Below are positions 54,583 to 64,000 of a DNA stretch of 64,000 nucleotides, in pieces. Position numbers and translations under genes: made by a program. The stretch's first letter is position 1. Each line of letters opens with the position of its first letter. Source of the DNA: Adineta vaga. Taxonomy: Eukaryota > Animalia > Rotifera. Location of the stretch: assembly GCA_021613535.1 (NCBI GenBank), contig CP075495.1, positions 8,432,001 through 8,496,000 on the forward strand, given 5' to 3'. Below the pieces are notes generated by a model. The model worked only from the letters and a program-made list of their open reading frames with translations. It was not told where the DNA came from and did not search any database.

Positions 54583-55855
54583 ATGGTGAGTGAATCTCAA
54601 TTAGTAAAGCGCTTTAGTGAACTTTCAACATCTCAGCAAAGTGTTGAAACTTTATCCTTATTTCTTATGCATCATCGTCGACAATCTCAAACGATTGTTC
54701 ATGTTTGGGCAAAAGAATTAGTTAGTGCTGCACCAGATCGAAAAATTGGTAGGATTGAATTTGTTTATGAAGATCTTTTGTATTTTTTTTCTTTTCAAAG
54801 CATTTCTCTATGTGGCCAATGACGTTATACAACATGATAAACGAAAAGGTGGTGAATTTGCTAAAGATTTTCTTCCAATGTTGCCTTCAGCTGTTCAACA
54901 TATTGTTAGTCGACTTAGTGATGAAAATATTCATAAAACAGTTAAAAGAATTATTCAAATATGGAATGAACGACAAGTTTATGAACCAGATGCAATTAAA
55001 TTATTGAAAACAAGTTTTGAAAATGGGGTAAGATCTCATGAAAATTGTAATGACTCATTGTACAGACAGAGATAGTTGTTATCTTATCGATGAAAATGAA
55101 AGAAAGTATAGAATTTTAGTAATTTGTTCGAAAGAATCTATCAATTCTATATTGATTTAATAGGTTGATAAAACGATTTCTGATGATGAAGACGATGATG
55201 ATCAAACTACGACTGAAAATGGAAAGCGTAAACGAAATGATCCATCATCATCCTCAGGGAATAACACAAAACGACGTCGAAAACTTAAACGAAAACTATC
55301 ACTCCGTGAAGAAATTCGTCGTGATCTGGCGATTAATCCAATACCTGTTCCTGTTGTTGATGAATTAATTAAAATGTTACAAGAATTAGAAAATTCTCCA
55401 TCATCAGATGCTGACGTAAGATTTTTGTATTCGTATTCAAATTTGTTTTCCTTACAATTACTTCCTCTCTTTATCAGGTACGAGAAAAAATAGCTGCGCT
55501 ACCAATCGAAGTTAGTGATTCAAATCTATTGAAAAATCTTCGTGATAAACAAGAAGCAACTGATTTATGTAAACTTGTTCAAATGGCACATGGTTTACTC
55601 GACGAATATAATCTTCGATTAGAAAGTGAATTACGCTCACGGCGTTATTCTGCCAAAATATTACAAGGTTACATTCAAGCACAAGATCGACAAATTGAAT
55701 ATGAAGAAAAACTTTTAGAAGAACATAAAAATAAATTAACAAAATTGAAAACAATTGGTGAAGAAATCGAAAAACATAGAAAAAATATGCCACAAGATGT
55801 AATTAATATTGATATGGTACCCTTACCAAGTGCAGGCGATCTATTTGCAAGATAA
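54583..55855 (+). CDS. RPRD1B: Regulation of nuclear pre-mRNA domain-containing protein 1 (CID plus CREPT domain)
   Basis: SQQSVETLSLFLMHHR, FLYVANDVIQ, IWNERQVY, LENSPSSDA and LPSAGDLF. Confidence 0.88.
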
Positions 55856-56247
55856 TGTCTTTATGTATGTTTTTTTTTCTTCTTCTTTTTTTGTGTATCA
55901 AACGCATGTCATAACTGTGTTGTTTTATGTATATTTCGAACAAAACCAAATAAATATAGCTTTTCAGAGTTGATCAAATCGCTATATATTTCTTCGTTCT
56001 CTTTTCTTTTCTTCAAAATGTGATTAAGGTCAAGGATTGAAATATCGATTCTATAATTTAATTTACTTTTCTTATTTCATACAAAAACAGACGAGTTTAA
56101 AAATAATGCGTATGTATATATAAATCAAATTAGTAGTTAAATAATCTTTTGAACACACAAATATACATGGAAGAGAAAGAAGATAAATCATAACAATTCA
56201 AAGAATTGCACCGATAAAAAATTTCTAGATTTGAAATCAACTAATAT

Positions 56248-59200
56248 TTATGATAGACCATTAATTAAACCTCGTAATCTATTTGCAACGTTTTCTAAAA
56301 GTTTGATATTTTCTTTTTCCATTGCTGGTCGATTGAATTTAAGTAGTAATGGTCGTTTCAATCCTTCTCGTAATCTAGAAAAAAGATTAAATTACATCTA
56401 GATAAGGATTTCTTTCATTTTCTTTACTTCTCAACGACAGTTAAAGCTGTATGTGGATTGACACGTGCATATGGTGATTCCGGATTACCATAGTTATCAA
56501 TAAAATCTGTCCACTGTCTATCCATGATGAGATCCAATAACTAAAATACATCAGATAGAGTTAAATCTTTCTCTTTGTATGAATTTTACTTGACGTAAAT
56601 CTTGAAAACAAAGTAATAAAGTTTCACTGTCCGAGTTTCCAAAATTAATTTTCGATGCAAATACTAAATATCAAGAATAAATATGTTTAAAATACTAATG
56701 ATTGATAAAAAAAAAACTTGATTTTACTTTCGCATTGCATTAAATCTAAACTCATTTGTTCGAGTGCTCCAAATGATATAGCTTTAACATCAGAACTAAG
56801 GAGTATACTTGTTAATGACATTGATATATGTTTACATGCTGATAAACAAGTAGTTTGAGATAATTCCGTCTAAATAAATGAGAAACTTTGAAATGAAAAG
56901 ATTTTTCGAAAAGAAAAATTAATTAAGTGTGTTTTGAATTAGAGCATTAGCAAAATTAATTCTTTCAGATAACCCATCTAAATTTTATACGACCGATTAG
57001 CTTTGCTATTTCTGGTATTTCTATCGATTGATCTAACTTACTTTTCTCTAGAAAGAAAAGAAAATGAAATAATGTATTTAATTATCGAACAACAAGAAAA
57101 ATGAAATGTTTGATGGCGTTTTGTTCTTTTTTTTTCTTGGAAAAAATATCTTACTGGAAGATGTGTAAATGCACGAAATGTATTTTCAAGAAACTGTATT
57201 GTCGTACTGATATAATCACTCGAAACACCAGATGATTCTTGCATCATCCAATCATATGAGGCTAAAAAGAACAATTTTAACTGGAAAAATAGACAATAGA
57301 TTTCATTACCAATATCTAAACATTGATCAATTTTATCGTTTAATTTATCACGAATACAATCTTCCACAAGACTGCGGATATCCTATGAATACGATAAAGA
57401 AGTAGAAAATAGGAAGCAATTGTTTAGTAATTACCTTAAGCATCGAAGCACCTTGTAATCGAAGTCCAAGTTGCTTCGTGCTTCCACTATAAGATAGAAA
57501 ATAACAAAGTGTTTTGTATGTAATAAAAATGACTTCTTTCTAACAAATATACAACGTACTGTACTAAAGCAACGATATAATCTTCTAAATATGGCATAGC
57601 ATTTTCCAGATGTAATGTGTTGATACAGATTTGAACAAGCTTAATAGAGAAAAACATATCACATTTCAAACTATACACATTGCTTTTCAAATCTTACTTG
57701 TGAAAAATTCAGTTGAGCTTCAGATTCTGCTGCTGTTAATTCTACTAAAGACATTTTTAATGTTTTTGTTAACAATAAATTAGTTGGTTTTCGTATCATA
57801 TCATCAATTTCCGTTTTACTATAAAGACATATTCACGTATATCATCGCTTTATTCAAACAATACATACCTAACATTTAAACCTTTAGCAAATTTCGCACA
57901 AACAGCAGCAAAATCTTTGATTTCTAAAAATAACTTTGGTACTGATTCACTGTACGGTAAGGAACGTGGGAATGGTAACTAAGAATAATGTAAATATGTT
58001 CTAGAAATGAAAAACATTATATTTATATTAACGAACTTTTTCAGTAGCTTCAATTCTCAATGGAAACTGTCGTAATAAAAGTTGATATTTCGTTTCATCT
58101 TCAATAACCATTGGTGTGTAATTATCTTTAGTAAGAATTTCTTTAAATCTTTGATTCCATTGTGTTAATAACAATTGTTGATAACTTTCTCTACAAAAAA
58201 AAACAAAAATCACATCTTTCTATTCTAAATTTTAACAAACCGTAATTCCATTAGAACATCTAGTAGAGGTGTAACAGGAAAACCAGATTCTTTAATAGCT
58301 GCACAGAAAAGTACAACAACAATTTTCATATCCAACATTAATTCTGGATTGTATGATGTTAACTGAAACAAATAGAAAAGTTTTGATTAATTTACTTCTA
58401 CGTATAAAACAAAACAAACAATCGAGCAGCGAAATTTCAAAATTATCTATTCGAATTGTTTTCCCTACTATAAAATTACCCCGCCGATAGAAATCGGTTG
58501 TAAACAAAAGTCCTGTGGATATATATCGATAGAAAAGAAATATATGACAAGAAATAAAAGCATAATGACTTACCACTGCACGTCGAAGTACAGCTAATAA
58601 TTGTTGAGTTGCACGTTCACATAGTTCATAATAAAATCTTTGGTCAATTAAACCTTCGGTTGTATTCATCACATGATCTTCAACAATGAAAAATCCTGTT
58701 ACACGTTGAAGATATTTTTTAAATGCATCAAATGATTCATGCATTTTAGGTGGTACATCCATAATAACAGGTGCTTGTTTTTGTTTTTCACGTTGATAAT
58801 GTTTGGAAAATTCTTCTTTACAATTGAGAAATAAATTTATATGAAGACTTTTATAAATCGGAGAGAAATCTATTAATTCAGTAATATTCATATTAATTAA
58901 AGCTAAATCAGCAGAACCATCAGCTGGTTGCTCTTTTTTGCGATCTTCTTCCAATGTATAATAACGTCTATCGATATCAAGACGAACAGCTGCCTAAAAG
59001 AATGAAAGTGAATCTCTTTGAAAGATCAAGAACTAAATAATTGTTCGTAAATATTACTTGTGCAAAAGCGCTTTTGCCGATTTTATCTGAATAAGTTGCA
59101 ACATTTTCCAAGAAATTTTTCAATTCATTATGTGATTCATTACGAATTTGATTGCGAAATTTTGCGATATTATTTTGAATTAGTTCAGACCATCGATGTT

Positions 59201-59932
59201 CTTTTACGAGAACGAGATGTTTTGTTTCTAATTGTTCAAGTAATTTTAATGCAGGATAAAGTCTATGATGAAACATTGGATAATTTTATTATATATATAT
59301 ATAAACTTTAAAAAAATCCATTCTTACTTCTTTTCTTCCATACATTCTTGTAATTTTCGATAGGTTTCGAAAACTAAAAGAAAAAGTATGTTACAAATCA
59401 ATTTTCTCATCCATATACCTGGAAATGCTTGTGATAGTACATCAATTGTTTGTTGTATATTACTTTGACGATGATATTCTTTAATTAAAGCCTCAGTTTT
59501 TTTTGCTAAACTTTGTCCAGCTCCTTGCATCATTTGATTGTTCTTTACTAATTCGTTCTAGACAATGAAATTGAAAAGGAATTCTTTGAATTTCCAATAA
59601 CACATTACATACTTTCATACTAGTTGTATCTTTGCGTACTTGTAATAATTCATGAAATGCTTTAACAAAACTTTGATATTGAAAATTACATAATTTTTCG
59701 ATTTCATTATCATAATGTTTGACTCGTTCGTCGAGTTTTTTTAAAAATGTACCCGCATCATTACGAACAAAAACCGAACTGAAATAAGAAAAATATCGTT
59801 AACATTCAATTATTTCTTCCTCACTTACCGAACACATGCAGTTGCTTGTGATCCATCAGATATTTCCAATTGTTTTATAATATTATCCAAGTAGGTGTCT
59901 GATAATTGTCCATCACTATGTTCTCCATTCAT
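56248..59932 (-). CDS. EXOC6: Exocyst complex component 6 (Sec15), many exons
   Basis: HYDNEIEKLCNFQYQSF, YPALKLLEQLE, LIDFSPIYKSLHI, GFFIVEDHV, IDDMIRKPTNLLL, LVQICINTLHLE and LRQLLDL. Confidence 0.9.
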
Positions 59933-60215
59933 TTTGTGTAGCTGAAATAACCATAAAGAAAAATCAACATTGCTATCAAATAAGATATATATCTTTGTTT
60001 TTTTTGTTTTCATTTCAATCATAAAAGAGACAAACAGAGTAATGCGTAAATTTAGAAAAAAAGAAGGAAAAAGACAAGACATTTGAATAGAGAACCGACA
60101 GAAAAAGAAAATGTTTTGTGGTAAAATGAACAAAGCAGAATAATATAGGACGAACTGTCACCACGATGGAATGATTTAATATATATTTATATTTGCATAT
60201 ATTAGAGAAATTAAT

Positions 60216-61619
60216 TTAAGCATTTTTAAGTTCGGAACCAATTTTGTAGGCAGTAATTTTTGTCCAATCAATTTTGGCTTTAGTGATTGGTAATTGACGA
60301 CGTAATGCTTTAAATGTTGAATCGGACATGACTTGATAGTTTTCATTCACAGCTTGCTGAAAAAAACACAAAATTGAAACAATAAATCATTTCTTTTTAT
60401 GAAAAATAGATAAGTTACTTGATAGTTATCTTCTGATTGACGTATGATTCGAATAATTTCTTTAGCAGTTGCCGTTTCGTCCTTGAAGAGATAAGAGATG
60501 TTTTGAATTTTGAATGAAATTTATCAATAGAAAACTTTACTTGAATTTGAATAGTTTCGGTAATATCTTTACTACTGACTAATTGTACATTACCATCTTC
60601 AAAATAATGAACCTAAGAAATTATAAAATTGACAATCAACTTTTTTTCTATGATAAAATATGAAGAATTGTCTTGATCTTATCATTTCTTCATCTTACAT
60701 AACCTTCAATACGTTATAATCTTTCGGTTAAGATTAAATATGATAAATTTTCTCAATTGAAATCAAATCACAGTATTCATTCATTTATTCATATACTTAC
60801 TTGAGCTTTAATAAGTCCTGTAAGTTCACATTCATTTTGACCTTTTATAAAAGCTAATGACCATTTTGAACGCCATCGTCCATTCCTAGATTGAAGGTGA
60901 GAAATTCTATTTTATCTTAGGTATTATTCAACTAGATATACCAGAAATTTTTCGGTTCAAATTTATGACTTTCAATAAAAGCAGCTAATGTAATTGTATC
61001 CGCATCACTTCCGCCAATGACCATTGAAGCACCGTATGTATATCGCTCTTTGATATATTCTGTAAGTTCTTTTTCAAATGCAGAGCGCCATGGTTCAGCA
61101 TGTGCATCGGTTGAATGCGATTCATATTCCGATGCTTCACGACGTAAATGATCAAATCTGAATTACAATTCATGTTAAAAACAAGATCATACATATTCCA
61201 TCCAAAGAAACACATACTTGAAAGTTTGTCGTGTACGAGGATCATAAAATCGTCCATCACCTAAATCATTAGCATCTGTGATAAGACATTCTTCTTCAGC
61301 ACCTTGAACTTTTGTAGGAGTATATTGATCACGATTATATTCAGCAAATGCTCTAAAATAAAGAATGAAATTTCATTAATTTCTATGCAAGTTTCTCAAA
61401 TCATGTAATCACTTACTTTGAAACTGATCGTCGAACTAATGCATCATCATTCAATAATGTTCGAACGTCTAAAATATGACATATATTATTTTCTTTGAAA
61501 AGATTTCCTTACTAATAATTCTTACCATTAAAAACTTCATTGAATTCACCCGGTGGTGCATGCGCAATAAAACGTCGTGCAATCGTTGCTTTTTCTTCGT
61601 CAGTTAAGTTTTCACCCAT
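60216..61619 (-). CDS. CAPZA: F-actin capping protein alpha subunit
   Basis: [50 protein letters not shown] and [22 protein letters not shown]. Confidence 0.95.
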
Positions 61620-61688
61620 GATTTTTCTTTGTTCACTTTTGGCCAAGGAAAAGAACAAACAAAAATAGACAATATCTGAAAACAAAAC

Positions 61689-63653
61689 CTAATTATCTTT
61701 ATGTTCTATCAAAGATGATTTTTGCACAATATCTTCATAATATTTTCTCAATTCAATCAAAATAACACTTAATGCAATACCAACATTTAAACTTTCAACA
61801 TCATTTAGTAATGGAATGTAAACCATTTTCCCATCATTTTCAATAGTTAATTTTCTTGCTTGAAGACTAACACCTTCTGTTTCACCGCCAATGATGATTG
61901 TTGAATGATCAGTTGATTTCATATTTGAAAATGCTGACCACAATGATTGATAATTAATAGGAATATTTTTATATAATGGTAGAAAACGATTATTTGCAGA
62001 TGAATATGAACGATCTTCAGTTAAATCTGTTCGTTTCATTTGTTTACGTTTTTCTAACATTTCTTCGAACATTTGTTTCGATGCTACAATAAGAAATAAT
62101 ACGAATAATTCTTTCCATGAAATATTTTTCTCACACTTACGATTATCATCAGATGATGTGTTATTCTCAAATGAATGTTTATGATCGGCAAGATAAATTT
62201 TACTATTTTCTGGTAAATGACCAACAATTGTTTCCCATCCAATATCATTAATTATCGGCAATCGAAAATGTGCTCCCATACCGGAACGTATCACTTTTGG
62301 ATCCCAAATATCTACACAACCTTTGATTGCAAGCAGACGATCACAACCTACAGCAGCACATGTTCGAATTATTGTTCCCATATTACCAGGATCACGAACA
62401 TTATCACAGATAACAGTTATTGGAAGAGTAATGCGTTGTTGAAATGGACAAGAATCTGGTTGTGGCATGGCAAATATTGCTATAACAGAAGTAAGTATGA
62501 TATCGTGAGTGAATTTCTTTTTTGCATACACTTACCCATAATACCTTGACTTGTTTGTACATCGGACCAAGTACGAAATGCACTTGATGATACTTGATAA
62601 ACAGTAAAATTTAGATCTGTCGTTGAGAAATCAATTGTCTAAACAGAAAATAGAAGCAATGATTGACATGCAGTTGTCCTAAAGATGTTTCGAGTAAAAC
62701 TCTATACGATAATATGTTTATATGAATCGTTTGCTTTCCTTTCCTGTGATGGTAACAGTCAAAATATCTTTCTACTGATTCATATCTATAGCTTAATTCT
62801 AATAATGTACCAGCTTCCACTATTTATTTACATAAGTTCTTTTTCTTTCTTGGTATTTGTCAGTAAACAAAACACTACATATACGATATCTCTTGTGTCT
62901 ACGGATTGTATATTGCTAAGAAATGAACAGTCGTATCTACTGCGGTTACGCGACGAAACTTATTTGTCTCGATAGGATAATCTGATCACTCTTAGAAACA
63001 ATTTCAAAGAAAATTTACATCTAGAATTTGTCGATCAGTAGTAAATATCGTGAGAAGATCAGCACCAGCTTGAATTGCATCAGCAACTAAACGTTTGCCT
63101 TCCAATAATACGTAACCTTTTTTGTAACGTTCCTGTCGATTTTTTGCTTTTATTATTCGATTACTAAAATTTAAGACAAAAAAAGATACAATAATCAGTA
63201 AAATACAACGATGGTTTTACCTAAATCGAATATCATTATCTTTTAATTGAATAATATGTTGTAATGGGTTTTTTATTGTAGCTATTTCATCAAGAAAAGC
63301 TGGATCTTTCGATATATCTTCTCGTAATGGATCGAAACGATTATATATTGCTTCCAAATTTTCATTAGATAGTATTCTGGCTAAATATATAGTCCACATC
63401 AGATTTGTTGATGAAAAAAATTATCAAACTCCATCATGCCTGCTTTATCACCCAAATTCTTGATTTGTGCTATTGGATTGACAGTATTCTTTCGTTGTTT
63501 GGTATTGGAATCGATTTTTTTCACTTTTCGTGAACGAATTTCTGTTGCATGACGAAGGACGATTGATGAAGGAGTTATTGGTGTAATCAATCGTGATTGT
63601 TTTGATAATAACAAATGTGAGAATAACAGACGATTATATCGAATGAAAGACAT
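61689..63653 (-). CDS. MRM3: Mitochondrial rRNA methyltransferase 3 (RNMTL1; SpoU/TrmH family)
   Basis: Mitochondrial-type presequence, LLEGKRLVADA, WSDVQTSQGIM, CDNVRDPGNMGTIIR, DPKVIRSGMGAHF, GGETEG and VESLNV. The first intron is a predicted GC-AG (63439-63381). Confidence 0.88.
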
Positions 63654-64000
63654 TTTCGAACTAAACGAAACTGGTCAAAACTGAATGCAAAGTAAATAAA
63701 TAACAAAAATGAATGATTCATCGTTGAGATGAAGAACATAGTCAGGTATTTGTATATGGACGAATAGAAAAAAATATATGAGATGATATATGATCTTGAC
63801 CGCTCTCTCCCTCTGTCGACATACTTGTGAATGTGAACGAAAGAAATTTTTGTAACAAGATATGGTTTATTTTTATCATTGAAATAGTTCTAAAGAGTAA
63901 TAAAAAAAGATAATGTTGATATTTGCAAAGTATGAAAATTTCAGTAAGAAAAATAATAACAATCTCTTTTTTCATGCAAATAATAAATCGTGTTTTGTGA

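Noticed and set aside
62640-63018. Longer MRM3 intron as a snoRNA or transposon host
   Set aside because: No convincing C/D or H/ACA box arrangement or terminal repeats on the sense strand.

Overview
AT-rich eukaryotic (metazoan) DNA that is very gene-dense, with mostly 45-65 bp introns. Composition, intron size and gene set suggest a bdelloid rotifer such as Adineta or Rotaria; this is inference. I reconstructed about 24 spliced genes by hand: a steryl-sulfatase-like enzyme, metaxin, EXOC5, a 4-TM orphan, a P/Q-rich disordered protein, an RGM-like GDPH protein, DDC, a PRDM-type PR/zinc-finger protein, a secretory-pathway C2H2 protein, an SLC35D transporter, PRP4 kinase, MRPS10, SQSTM1/p62, a scramblase, a peptide-type GPCR, a small secreted peptide precursor, a coiled-coil orphan, SRP14, RhoGDI, TBK1/IKKe, RPRD1, EXOC6, CAPZA and MRM3. 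Most notable: (1) a SNIP1/Pml1-like FHA exon sits inside the PRP4 kinase gene, linking two spliceosome-activation factors, and carries a 4-bp frameshift in this copy; (2) an orphan GPCR lies tail-to-tail, 85 bp from a candidate neuropeptide precursor ending GKR-VGWTISV; (3) head-to-tail gene pairs with 69 and 142 bp spacers contain unpaired splice acceptors, suggesting SL-resolved operons; (4) the p62 promoter has clustered stress elements while the protein lacks obvious LIR, KIR and S403 equivalents. No tRNA, rRNA, CRISPR or autonomous transposon was recognised. Exon boundaries are manual and may be a few bases off.
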